Under the pieces are notes generated by a model. The model was given only the letters and a program-made list of their open reading frames with translations, was not told where the DNA came from and made no database searches. A DNA stretch of 64,000 nucleotides from Acidobacteriota bacterium (GTDB lineage: Bacteria; Acidobacteriota; UBA6911; RPQK01; JAJDTT01). Positions 34,746 to 44,563 of this stretch are shown one piece after another. How positions within the stretch are numbered: position 1 is the first letter of the stretch; each line of letters starts with the position of its first letter. Position numbers and translations under genes: made by a program. Location of the stretch: NCBI GenBank assembly GCA_965217775.1, contig CBDCJH010000002.1, forward strand, positions 5,056,001 to 5,120,000, written 5' to 3'.

Positions 34746-37205
34746 TCATTCATGGCGCAACGCTTCCATGGGTTCCAGCCGGGTGATTCGGTAGGCGGGG
34801 ACCCACGACGCCAGCAGGGATGCTGCCAAAACCACCAAGGCGGCGACCAGATACGTTACCGGATCGCCCAACTCCGACTCGGAAAGAAAACTGCGCATCA
34901 GTTGACTCAAGCCCAACGCCAAACCAATGCCAATGACGAGACCGATGGCCACCAACAGCAGAGCTCGTCTAAGGATCAGCCAGACTGTGTGGTTGCGTCG
35001 TGCTCCCATTGCCAGCCGAACCGCGATCTCGCGGGTCCGTCGAAAGACCGAGAAGGAGAGGACACCATACAGTCCAACCGAGGCCAGGATGAGCGCCAAG
35101 ACGCCAAAAGCCCCCAGCAGGAAGTTCAAGAACAGCCATGGAGCAAGGCTTTCTGCAATCGCGTCCTCCAAGGACGTCGGACCGAAGGTCGGCAGATCGG
35201 CGTCCAATTCGCGCACGGCCCGTCGCATCGTCGGAACCGTGGCTGCAGCCGGTTGTCGAGATCGAACCATGAGGGTGAACGTTCCCTGATATCGTTGGAG
35301 TAACGAAAAATAAACTTGTGGATTTTGGCCGCCGCCGAGTCGGCGCTGCCGGATTTCCCCTGCGACTCCAACCACTTCCCAGCTACCCGATCCGGTAGAG
35401 AATTGTTTTCCGATGGGATCGGCATTAGGCCATAATTGTTCGGCCATTGGCTGACTGACAATAGACACCTGCCGGGAGTGCTGGTCGTCTGTCCAGCGAA
35501 AGTCACGACCCTGGATCACCGGGATACGAACCGTCTCGAAGTATCCTGGGCCAACAGAATTCGTTTCGACCTGAACCCGTTCCTCATTGTTGGTACGGGC
35601 GGAAGCTCCTGAGTAGCTATTGGCCGCAGGGGGGAATCGCGCCAGACTGGCGGAGTCCACTCCCGGCGCATTCTCGACCCGTCGCAGAAGTTGTCGTAGG
35701 AACAGGGCTCCTCGAGTTTCGTCGTACCCCTGGGTGGCGACGTCAACGGACAGTGTGCTTACATTCGCCGGCTCGAACCCCGGGTCCCGAGCGAGTCGAT
35801 CACCGAGAGTACGGATGGAGAGCCCGGCCGTGACCAGCAGTGTAAAGGACAAGGCCACTTGAACCATGACCAGAATGTGGCGCCAGCGGCCCGACCGGAA
35901 TCGACCGGACGGCTCTGTGGTCCTGAGTTCCGAAAACAGATCGATTCGGCTGGCCTGCGCCGCTGGAGCGAGACCAAATATGATGGCCGTCGTCGCTGAG
36001 AGGAACAGGGTGAACAACAGTGTTCGGCTGTCCGGTAACAGCATGCCGAGGTTCGTTGCATCCGTCACCCGGATGAGGTGGCTGGGGAGGGAGAGTACAC
36101 CGGTCATTGCCATAAACCAGGGTGCCACCAGGACAGCGGCGGCGCCTCCGGCCAGAAAGAGCACGGTGGTCTCGGTGAGAAGGTAGCGCACCAAGCTTCG
36201 CCGGCTGGCTCCCGAAGCCAGACGAATGGCCATCTCAAGCCTTCTTCCCCTGGCATGGGAGAGGAGGAGACTGGCGACGTTGGTGCAAGCGATGAAGAGC
36301 ACGGAGCCCATGATCGCAACCAGGATGATCCAGAAGCTCCGGATTTCGGATTGCTCGTTTTCGCCCCTCGTTCCCCGGTGTCCTGGGGCCAAACGCAGGA
36401 CTTGATTCTTCCACCCGGAATCTTCGAGTTCCAGTTGGGAAACAACGGCAGCCAGACTGGATTGGGCGCTTTCCAGATTGATTTCGGGTTTGAGACGTCC
36501 GATTATTCTCAACCAACTGTAGTCGACATTGTCGATACGATTCGGCGGCAACACTTGGGGCTGCATCATCATGGGCACCCACACGTCTTGCCCCCCGAAG
36601 ATTCCTTTGAAATGCGCGGGCATGACTCCCACCAGAGTGAAGGGATGACCGTTCACTTTTGCAGTTTTTCCAACAATATCCCGACTGCCGTGAAACCGCT
36701 CTCGCCAGAGGCGATCACTGATCATAGCCACCGCATGTTGCCCGGGGGCGTTTCCCTCCTGAGGTAGAAAGCCCCTTCCGATGCCCGGTTCTATCCCCAG
36801 GACCTCCATGTAGTTGGCCGACACGATTTCTCCGTCAAGCCTTTCCGTGAATCCATCGGCACTGAGGTGGACTGAGAATAGGCATTGGGCGATCAAACCT
36901 GAGAAAGGACGGCTGGCGGCCCTGATCTTGAGATAGACAGGAAACGAGAACCCTTGGTTGTTGCTATTTTCACGGCCTCGAATGACAGAACCTAGGCTTA
37001 CGATCTGGTGGGGATCTGGCACCGGCAGCGGCCGATATAATAGGGTGTCGACCAGAGTGAAGACTGCCGTATTCACTCCGATCCCAAGAGCAAGGGTCAC
37101 GATGACAATGACCGTGAACCCGGGATTCCTGGCAAACGTCCGGAAGGATAGCTTGAGGTCTCGTAGGGTGTTTTCCAAGGAGAGAATCAGACCGCGCGTC
37201 GGCAT
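34746..37205 (-). CDS. ADOP-type duplicated MacB/FtsX ABC permease
   Basis: Same motifs as the neighbouring permease; start MPTRG at 37205, just downstream of the ATPase stop. Confidence 0.92.
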   Translation of the reverse strand: MPTRGLILSLENTLRDLKLSFRTFARNPGFTVIVIVTLALGIGVNTAVFTLVDTLLYRPLPVPDPHQIVSLGSVIRGRENSNNQGFSFPVYLKIRAASRPFSGLIAQCLFSVHLSADGFTERLDGEIVSANYMEVLGIEPGIGRGFLPQEGNAPGQHAVAMISDRLWRERFHGSRDIVGKTAKVNGHPFTLVGVMPAHFKGIFGGQDVWVPMMMQPQVLPPNRIDNVDYSWLRIIGRLKPEINLESAQSSLAAVVSQLELEDSGWKNQVLRLAPGHRGTRGENEQSEIRSFWIILVAIMGSVLFIACTNVASLLLSHARGRRLEMAIRLASGASRRSLVRYLLTETTVLFLAGGAAAVLVAPWFMAMTGVLSLPSHLIRVTDATNLGMLLPDSRTLLFTLFLSATTAIIFGLAPAAQASRIDLFSELRTTEPSGRFRSGRWRHILVMVQVALSFTLLVTAGLSIRTLGDRLARDPGFEPANVSTLSVDVATQGYDETRGALFLRQLLRRVENAPGVDSASLARFPPAANSYSGASARTNNEERVQVETNSVGPGYFETVRIPVIQGRDFRWTDDQHSRQVSIVSQPMAEQLWPNADPIGKQFSTGSGSWEVVGVAGEIRQRRLGGGQNPQVYFSLLQRYQGTFTLMVRSRQPAAATVPTMRRAVRELDADLPTFGPTSLEDAIAESLAPWLFLNFLLGAFGVLALILASVGLYGVLSFSVFRRTREIAVRLAMGARRNHTVWLILRRALLLVAIGLVIGIGLALGLSQLMRSFLSESELGDPVTYLVAALVVLAASLLASWVPAYRITRLEPMEALRHE

Positions 37206-37212
37206 GTTCGTT

Positions 37213-37911
37213 CTACGCCGCCTCGTCCTCGTCGACGATCTGACCATCGAAGAGATGCACGGTCCGCTCGGCATGTTCGGAATAGCGGGGATCGTGAGTG
37301 ACGATGCAAATCGTGGCACCTTCCCGATGCAGTTCGTCCAGAAGCTCCATGACGGCGCTTCTGTTCCTGGAGTCCAGGTTCCCGGTGGGCTCGTCCGCCA
37401 ACAGGATCGCGGGTCTTCCCACCAGAGCCCGCGCCACCGCGACGCGCTGCTGTTGGCCTCCTGAGAGCTGGGAGGGGTAGTGGTTCATCCGGTGGGACAT
37501 GCCGACCCGTTCCAGGGACTCCTCCACTCGCCGGCGCCTCTCGGCCCGTTTCAGATTGCGATAGGTCAGAGGCAGCTCCACGTTCTCGAAGACCCGTAGG
37601 TCGCCGATAAGGTTGAAATTCTGGAAGACGAAGCCGATCTCCCGGTTTCTCAGGTGAGTCCGTTGGGCGAAGGTGAGTCCCGCCACCGGGTGGCCATGAA
37701 GGTAATATTCTCCCGCGGTGGGAGCGTCCAGCAGTCCCATGATGGAGAGCAAAGTGGACTTGCCGCAGCCGGAGGGGCCGGCTATGGAGACGTACTCACC
37801 CTTTCTCACTCCCAGGTGAACCCCGGACAGGGCATGGGTTTCCACCTCCTCCGTCAGGAAGATCTTGGTGATCCCGTTCATCCGAATCAGCCATTCTCCG
37901 TTTCCATCCAT
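37213..37911 (-). CDS. ABC transporter ATP-binding protein (MacB/LolD-like)
   Basis: GPSGCGKS, LSGGQQQRV and ADEPTGNLD. Confidence 0.95.
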   Translation of the reverse strand: MDGNGEWLIRMNGITKIFLTEEVETHALSGVHLGVRKGEYVSIAGPSGCGKSTLLSIMGLLDAPTAGEYYLHGHPVAGLTFAQRTHLRNREIGFVFQNFNLIGDLRVFENVELPLTYRNLKRAERRRRVEESLERVGMSHRMNHYPSQLSGGQQQRVAVARALVGRPAILLADEPTGNLDSRNRSAVMELLDELHREGATICIVTHDPRYSEHAERTVHLFDGQIVDEDEAA

Positions 37912-37941
37912 CGATTCTTCTCCTTGGTCTGATCTTTGCGT

Positions 37942-39195
37942 CTACTCCAGGCGAATCCGGTCATGATCCTTCCATTGCGCCATGTCGGAGAGCACCACCT
38001 CATCTCCCACGTCCAGGCCCTCCAGAATCTGGATCTCGCTGACCGAACTGGCCCCCAAGCCAACCCGGACCCGCTGGGCGTGAATCCCGTCCGACTCGAC
38101 CCGAAAGAGGCTGGCCGAGCCGTCCTCCTGGCTGAAACCGGGACGCGGCATGTAGAGGACGTCTTCCAGATGCTCCAGCTCCACGGTTCCGTCCACGCTC
38201 AGGTCGGGGCGCGCCCCCCGGGGCAGGTCCCCCTCCAACGCCACGTCCACGGTCACCAGCCCCTCCTTCACGGCCGGGTCGATCCGCGAAACGCGTCCCG
38301 GGACGACGCCGTTGCGGGTGTCGATCTCCGCCTTCTGACCCACCTCCAAATCGCGGGCTTGGGTCGCCGCCACCTCGATCTCCGCCTTGAGCCGGCGGGG
38401 TTCGGCGATGCGGACCAGATTCGTGCCCGGAGTGACCTGCTGTCCCACTTCCACCTCCACCTGCTGCAGGACTCCGGGGATCCCGGCCCGCACCCCCAAA
38501 GACTCCAACTGGCTCCGCCGCAGGCCATGAAGCAGGCGCCGCTGCTCGACCTCGGCCTGCTTGGCCTCCAATTGTGCCTCCAGCGATTTTGAAAAGATTT
38601 CCGTTCTCCTCTTTTCCAGCAGACGTTGAGTCTCAAGGGCCTTGGCTCTGCTCCGGCTGATCTTGGTATCCATCTCCGAAACCAGTCCTTCCCGGAGGAG
38701 CGCGGCGTCCGCCTCCGCTCTCAGAGTTGCCTCCAGATAATCTGACTCGACCCGCGCGGCGGCGGCTTGGCGTTGCATCTTCTCGCTTTCCAACTGGACC
38801 CGGAGATGCGCCATTTCCGCTTCGGCGCGTTTCAACTGGCTCTCCGCGTCCAGAGCCTGCTGCTCCAGCTCCGGGTTGCTCAATTCGAGAATAACGGTCT
38901 CGGGAGTGACCCGTTCGCCCGGTTGGATCAGTACTCGCTCGACGCGGCCTTGGGTGGCGGCGGGATTCCAGCGAATGACCTCGGGGGTCAGCTTGCCCAG
39001 ACCGCGGACGCGCCGGGTGAGGTTGCCCTGATTGACCTCCCCCATCCAAAGAGTGGACCGGTCGACCCGGGGCGCCGCCGGCTCCAGGCGGGAAAGGCCC
39101 GCGCTGATGGCGGCGATGGAGGCGATTGCCGTCAGCAAGTAGAGGATGTGTCTGATTCTGCGGCGGCGGGCTGCGAAGGGTCTTGGGATGTCCAT
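37942..39195 (-). CDS. HlyD/RND periplasmic adaptor subunit
   Basis: N-terminal TM, barrel-sandwich and long coiled-coil, RPDLSVDG, and GLDVGDEVV. Confidence 0.9.
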   Translation of the reverse strand: MDIPRPFAARRRRIRHILYLLTAIASIAAISAGLSRLEPAAPRVDRSTLWMGEVNQGNLTRRVRGLGKLTPEVIRWNPAATQGRVERVLIQPGERVTPETVILELSNPELEQQALDAESQLKRAEAEMAHLRVQLESEKMQRQAAAARVESDYLEATLRAEADAALLREGLVSEMDTKISRSRAKALETQRLLEKRRTEIFSKSLEAQLEAKQAEVEQRRLLHGLRRSQLESLGVRAGIPGVLQQVEVEVGQQVTPGTNLVRIAEPRRLKAEIEVAATQARDLEVGQKAEIDTRNGVVPGRVSRIDPAVKEGLVTVDVALEGDLPRGARPDLSVDGTVELEHLEDVLYMPRPGFSQEDGSASLFRVESDGIHAQRVRVGLGASSVSEIQILEGLDVGDEVVLSDMAQWKDHDRIRLE

Positions 39196-39207
39196 GCTGA
39201 ACCTCTA

Positions 39208-39224
39208 AGCAATCAGCGTGCCAA
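39208..39224 (-). promoter_or_regulatory. Sigma-54 (-24/-12) promoter of the adaptor gene
   Basis: Minus strand reads TTGGCACGCTGATTGCT, matching TGGCAC-N5-TTGCW. Confidence 0.85.
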
Positions 39225-39283
39225 GGTGAGGGCAAGAATCAAATGCATGTAATTCAACGACTTATACGAAAATGGACATAGTA

Positions 39284-39338
39284 GTCCGGGACACCGAGTG
39301 TCCAGTTCCGGGATCAGGTGTCCGGAAACGGACACCTG
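39284..39338. promoter_or_regulatory. Putative enhancer (bEBP) binding palindromes
   Basis: CAGGTGTCCG-GAAA-CGGACACCTG (39315-39338) plus adjacent TGTCC/GGACA half-sites about 100 bp upstream of the sigma-54 site. Confidence 0.65.
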
Positions 39339-39359
39339 GATCGCCATGGCCTTCAGCCG

Positions 39360-39520
39360 ACGTGCTTCGATCCGGCCCTTGGAAGAACGGGAGGCGGGGT
39401 TGCGCCCCGGTAAGCCGATCAAGCACAAGAAACAGATCAGCTTTGCGGACCATGAGTCGCGGATCATGAAGCACAAAGGGGATTCCGAGTATGTATACAA
39501 CGTGCAGATCAGTACAGCCC
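39360..39520 (+). pseudogene. Transposase fragment, IS1182-like
   Basis: KQISFADHESRIMKHKGDSEYVYNVQIS resembles the TDPESRIMK...YNxQ motif of IS1182 transposases. Confidence 0.55.
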
Positions 39521-39576
39521 GGATGCATCAGGACCGACGGGAGATGGCGCTGCTCAACCACCAGGGAGCCTCCCAT

Positions 39577-41475
39577 CTAATCGCGGCGGGCCATCACGAT
39601 GTCGTTGCTGTCGACGATGGTGTACATGGCCTTCTCCAGGTCGGTCACGGCCTGTTGATAGTCCACCCGCGCCCTCAGCTCCTGCACCTGCGCCTGGCTC
39701 AGGTCCCTCTGATACCGGAGCACTTCGAAGTTGGTGGACAGGCCGGCTTGGAATCGCTTGTTCTCGCCCTCTAACTGAGCCTCCGAGAGCTGGCGCGCAA
39801 CTCCGGCTGCTTCCAGGCGCTTTCTCTGGGTGGCGATGCTCTCGTAGGCATTGCGGACTTCCACGATGATCATCTGCTGCTGGTTCTTGAGCTGACTGGC
39901 GAGCCGGCGCTGCCGGATCAGGATTCTCGCTCTTTCGGCCTCGTTGCCCCGGTTCCTCAGCGGGATCTCCACGCTGACGCCGAGAGTGTAGTTGATGTAG
40001 TCGAACCCGAAGACTTGACCCCACGAATTTCCGAAGCCGCCGAAAAACGGACTCGACGGCTGAGGCACGTTCTGCAAACGGGTGTCGGGGACGCCGTCTC
40101 CGTCGGAATCCACGAACTCGCTCCCGAAGATCTCTCCGGCCCGCCCCGTATTGGCCAGGTTCGCCACCAGGTCTACGGTGGGCCTGCCGTCCCGCCGGTA
40201 ATACTCCTGGTCCACCTCGACCTGTTCCCGGAGCAGCCGGTTCTGTTCCAGCTCGGGACGCCTCTCCATGGCCCTGGCGATGGCCTCGTCCAGGGTGATG
40301 GCCAGATCCTGCACCCGGGGAAGCTGAGTCGGGATCAGGGTCAGGTTCCAGATTGGCGCCGTCGGGTCCGGCGCCAGATGATGCTTGAGTCCGTTCTGGG
40401 CGGTGATGATCTGAACCTCCGACTGGATCATCTCCTGCTCGCGTGTGGCCACCTCGGCCCGGGAGGCGGTGATCTCGATGGGCGCCATGACGCCGATCCG
40501 GACCCGTTTCCGGTTGTTCTCATGCTGGATGATGGCCAGCTCCATGGACTTGCGAATGGCCTCGTAGCTCTCAATGGCGAACACTAGGAGTCTGCGCCGT
40601 AGAAATTGATCTACTACGAAAGCGGTGAATCGGTCCATATTTCCTCGATTTCTCGGCGAATAGAACGACTATGCACCTCAAAATCGAGAAAATCTGGCCT
40701 CGATTCCCCACTTTCTCGCTACGATCATTCCTGCGGCGCAGACTCCTAGCTCCCAGTACTGGTTCTGGACCTGTTGGACGATCTCCGACACCTTCTGTTG
40801 AAACTGGCTTTCGCTGATCTCGATATCCAGGTTGTAGAGCTTGAGCTGACGCCTGGTGAAAGTCTCGCGGAATCCCCTCCACAGCGGCTGGCGCAGCGAG
40901 ACGGCGAAGTTGGATCCGAAAGAGGGATTCATGAAGGAGAAGGTGCTGTTGGTGCTGAAGCGGTTGTTGTTGAAGTTCAAGGTGAGGCTGCTTCCGTTGG
41001 GCAGATTCTGCACCAGCGACGTGTCGAAGTAGATTCGGTCCGTCGTGTTCACCGGAATTCCCTGTCCCGCGTCCAGGATCGACCGGGCCGGATTCTCGGT
41101 GGCCGCCCAGCCCACCTCGAACCGGAGCCTGGGATCGTAGAAGCCCCTGGTCCCGAAGATCCACTGGCGGTTCAGATCCTCGTTGTAGTCCTCGATGGCG
41201 ATCTCCAGGTTGTTGGTCAACGCCAGACGGATGGCGTCCTTGACGCTCAACTCCCGCACCGGCCTCTCCCGGCGCATCCGATCCGCCCATGACTCGGGCC
41301 GATCGATCGCCGGCATTTCTGACTGGGCCTGATCAGAGGCCGTTTTCTCTTGCGGGACGGCCCACAAGAAAGGCACGGTCAACACGAGAAAAATCGGAAG
41401 GGCGATCCCCGCAAGCAGACCTCGGGTGCGTCTGATTCTGCGTCGGGGAACGGCGAACGGTCTTGGGATGTTCAT
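39577..41475 (-). pseudogene. tolC: TolC-family outer membrane protein interrupted by a MITE
   Basis: Two TolC-like ORF pieces. Removing 40588-40745 plus one CTAG restores ...QNQYWELVFAIES... in frame (579 codons including stop). Confidence 0.9.
40588..40745. mobile_element. MITE family C (158 bp) with CTAG target-site duplication
   Basis: TIRs GAGTCTGCGCCGTAGAAAT / ATTCCTGCGGCGCAGACTC; CTAG at 40584-40587 and 40746-40749; AT-richer core. Confidence 0.92.
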
Positions 41476-41488
41476 GCGGAACATCCCA

Positions 41489-41505
41489 AGCAATTGGAGT
41501 GCCAA
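41489..41505 (-). promoter_or_regulatory. Sigma-54 (-24/-12) promoter of tolC
   Basis: Minus strand reads TTGGCACTCCAATTGCT. Confidence 0.85.
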
Positions 41506-41561
41506 GGTGGGACGAGATCTATATCTCGTTTCAAGTCAGTAGGTTACGGAACTCCAGTACG

Positions 41562-41620
41562 ACCGGACACACGATCCAACTGTCCGTTTCCGGGACAAAG
41601 TGTCCGCTAGCGGACACTTT
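41562..41620. promoter_or_regulatory. Putative enhancer (bEBP) binding palindromes
   Basis: Perfect palindrome AAAGTGTCCGCTAGCGGACACTTT (41597-41620) and TGTCCGTTTCCGGGACA; same core as 39315-39338. Confidence 0.65.
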
Positions 41621-43193
41621 TCGGACTGTCCGCCACCTGGAACGCCCAGACGGTCGCGTCCCGGAACAGGAACCGCAGGCGGACGGCCTTGCCTCGGAGG
41701 GAGGCGAGCGAGCGGCCCTTCCAGGTCACCCGGTGAGCCAGCCCGTCTCCCCGGATCACGTCGCAGTCCTCGCGCCGAAATCCGTCCAGCTTCTGCTCGG
41801 CGGCGCCGATGTAGTGGCTCATGTGGACCTTTTTCCCGGTGTCGAACTGCCGCGCCGGGGGGTCCACCACCTCGACCCGCAGTTCACCGCCGACCTGGGC
41901 GTTGACGACCAGTTCGTCCCCCTCCACCACCATCGGCCGGGTCAGGAAAGCCCCCTTTCCCTCCAGCCGCTCTCGGCTCCGGAGACCCATGAGCCGGTCT
42001 TTCGGAACCCAGCCCAGGCCGATCCGGATCTGACGCCGGTCCAGGGGCACGTTCCTGGAGCCGTGGTTGTATCGGGCGCCGGCGTAGTAGAAGAGCATCT
42101 TTTCCCCGAGGACGATCATGGAGGGCCACCAGATGATCCGGTCATCCCAACTGCCCTCTTCTCCCTGGGGGATGAACGCCTCCCCTGGAAAGGGGTGGTC
42201 CCAGCGGAACCCGTCGCGGCTGACGATCAGGTGCTGCTCCACGTCTCCCCTCACGTAGTTGTCCAGCATGGAGGGCAGCCCCAGGTAGACGCCCTCGTAG
42301 CGGATCACCTTCATGCTCTCCACTTCGGGCCAGCGTTCGCTCATGGGATGGAACACCGTCTGCCGGGGGGACCAATCCACGAGGTCCGGGCTCTCCTGGC
42401 GGACGATGTAACGGGGACCGGTTCCGGTCTCGGGGTCCGCCTTCTCCGTCAACTGCCGGTGAAACAAGATGTATTTCCCCAGGTCCTCATCCCAGACGAT
42501 GCTGGGATTCCCGCCGCCGCCCCCGCCCCGGAGGCCGCCGGGCATCTGCTGCCAGGTGAGTCCGTCGGCGCTGTAGGCCATCCCGTTCCAGCCTCCGAAT
42601 CGGCCCCCGTCCCGGTGGTAGGGGGGAACCCCGCAGGTGAGGAACCGGCGTTCCGGCGGGCGCTCTCTCGGGTCCTGGATCAGCCGGATGGCGCCGGCAA
42701 GGGGGCGCTTCCCCAGATGGTCCGCATGGAGCAGGACGTTGTTGTGCATCGTTCCCTGGTAGCGGACCAGTCCCAGGTCCGGCTTCACCCAAGTCACACC
42801 GTCCCGGCTCTCGGCGTAGGCGGCGACGTTGCCGCCGGTATGCTGTTCGATCTGGTACCAGATCTTGAACTTCCGGTCCTGGGGGTCGTAGATGGCGGTG
42901 CCGAGTTGGATCCCCCAGCTCTTCCGCGCCGTCTCCTCCCACGGTGCGTCCGCCTCCATCAGCGGGTTGGCGGGATGTTTTTGGAGCACGCTCTGAACCC
43001 GCTTGACGTTGTACCAGGCGGCGAGGACGTGGTTGTCCACCAGAAGCTGCTTCCGGTTGCCGATCCGGAGCGGCGGTTCCGATTCCAGCGGCCCCAGATG
43101 GACATGGGGAGACCCCGTCTCCTGCTGGGCGGCCACGTTGGAGGCGGCCAGAAGGCAAAATACCGTCATCTTGGCGAGAATTTTCAGATGCAT
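41607..43193 (-). CDS. Secreted glycoside-hydrolase-like beta-propeller protein
   Basis: Signal peptide; KHPANP, AESRDGVTW, YSADGLTW and SRDGFRW (Asp-box-like) repeats; C-terminal GKAVRLRF. Confidence 0.75.
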   Translation of the reverse strand: MHLKILAKMTVFCLLAASNVAAQQETGSPHVHLGPLESEPPLRIGNRKQLLVDNHVLAAWYNVKRVQSVLQKHPANPLMEADAPWEETARKSWGIQLGTAIYDPQDRKFKIWYQIEQHTGGNVAAYAESRDGVTWVKPDLGLVRYQGTMHNNVLLHADHLGKRPLAGAIRLIQDPRERPPERRFLTCGVPPYHRDGGRFGGWNGMAYSADGLTWQQMPGGLRGGGGGGNPSIVWDEDLGKYILFHRQLTEKADPETGTGPRYIVRQESPDLVDWSPRQTVFHPMSERWPEVESMKVIRYEGVYLGLPSMLDNYVRGDVEQHLIVSRDGFRWDHPFPGEAFIPQGEEGSWDDRIIWWPSMIVLGEKMLFYYAGARYNHGSRNVPLDRRQIRIGLGWVPKDRLMGLRSRERLEGKGAFLTRPMVVEGDELVVNAQVGGELRVEVVDPPARQFDTGKKVHMSHYIGAAEQKLDGFRREDCDVIRGDGLAHRVTWKGRSLASLRGKAVRLRFLFRDATVWAFQVADSPKSVR

Positions 43194-43362
43194 GTTGATA
43201 GCAGGCCTTTCGGGGCGAAATCGGGATCGGCGGCCCCCCCACCGACGGAGTGAACCAGCGGACCCTCCTTGGATGGAGCGGCTCCTCATCAACCTGCGCG
43301 AGTTTGCCCCGCGCAATGTCTTGGACTGCAACTGGGCCGAGCCGAGCGGATTGGGGAAATGA

Positions 43363-43644
43363 CTATATCTTAGAGACGGTCACGTTCCCCTCGATGTCCA
43401 CCCTGACGAACTCTTTGGTTTCCTTGTGGAACGATATGTCAATCATCCAGATCACCGCCCACAGGCCGACGGTGAAGAAACTGAGCATCAGATGAAGGAT
43501 ATGATTCACTGGAGTGCCGTCGGCGACAATAGCCTGGTAGTCGCCCTGGAAAACAATCCTCTTGCCCTGTTCCACCATTACGGCCAAGTGTTGCGACAGA
43601 AGGCGTCTTCGTTCGGTAGGTGTCAGATTCTCCTTCTCGCTCAT
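43363..43644 (-). CDS. Small membrane protein (NHILHL motif)
   Basis: 93 aa from ATG 43644; PVNHILHLMLSFFTVGLWAVIW; AT-richer than flanks. Confidence 0.7.
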   Translation of the reverse strand: MSEKENLTPTERRRLLSQHLAVMVEQGKRIVFQGDYQAIVADGTPVNHILHLMLSFFTVGLWAVIWMIDISFHKETKEFVRVDIEGNVTVSKI

Positions 43645-43777
43645 AGCCGTACGAATAGGATTCAGTTGCCGCCACAGCCACTCACCGAGATCTGAGGTCA
43701 TTCTCTCGAAAATGCGCGCGGTCCGCCAGCCGAACGGCGTGGCGGCTCCGGCGGCGGGCTGATATAACACACGAGGC

Positions 43778-44563
43778 ATGGCACAAGCGGTTGCGACTTT
43801 ATGGCGCCGGGAGATCATTCGCTTTTACCGTCAGCGAGGCCGTCTGGTGGGGGCTCTGGGCACGCCTCTGGTCTTCTGGATCCTCATCGGATCGGGAGTC
43901 GGCGAATCCTTCCGTCCGGCGGCGGCGCCCGATGACCTCCACTACCTGGTCTATTTCTATCCCGGGACCATTCTCCTGATGCTCCTCTTCACCGCCATCT
44001 TCTCCACCATCTCCCTGATCGAAGATCGCCGGGAGGGGTTTCTGCTTTCGGTCCTGGTGTCGCCCGTCTCCCGGGCCGGCGTGGTGTTGGGGAAGATCCT
44101 GGGCGGAGCGACCCTGGCCTTCCTGCAAGGTCTCGTCTTTCTGCTCCTGGCTCCTCTGGCGGGTATTTCCCTCGGCCTCGTTCAGATCTTGTGGATGATG
44201 GGCGTCATGGCCTTGATTGCCCTCTCCCTGACCGGACTGGGATTCGTCATCGCCTGGCAGAGCGAATCGATTCAAGGCTTTCACGCCGTCATGAATCTGA
44301 TGCTGGTTCCCATGTGGATCCTCTCCGGCGCCCTCTTCCCCTTCTCGGGGGCGTCCACCTGGATCCAGCTTCTGATGCGCATCAATCCCCTCAGTTACGA
44401 GGTGTCGCTGCTCCGGCATGCCCTCCACTCGGAGGTGCCCACCCTGGGAATCCACCTTCCCTCCTTCACCGTGTCCCTGGTGGTGACCCTGCTCTTCGTT
44501 CTGGTGGTCTTCGGCGTCTCCCTGTGGCTGGTCCGCCGACCCGGGCTGCGGGGCCTGTCCTGA
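43778..44563 (+). CDS. ABC-2 type transporter permease
   Basis: WRRE...R, EDRREGFL, GKILG, SGALFP and NPLSY; 6 TM segments. Confidence 0.92.
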   Translation: MAQAVATLWRREIIRFYRQRGRLVGALGTPLVFWILIGSGVGESFRPAAAPDDLHYLVYFYPGTILLMLLFTAIFSTISLIEDRREGFLLSVLVSPVSRAGVVLGKILGGATLAFLQGLVFLLLAPLAGISLGLVQILWMMGVMALIALSLTGLGFVIAWQSESIQGFHAVMNLMLVPMWILSGALFPFSGASTWIQLLMRINPLSYEVSLLRHALHSEVPTLGIHLPSFTVSLVVTLLFVLVVFGVSLWLVRRPGLRGLS

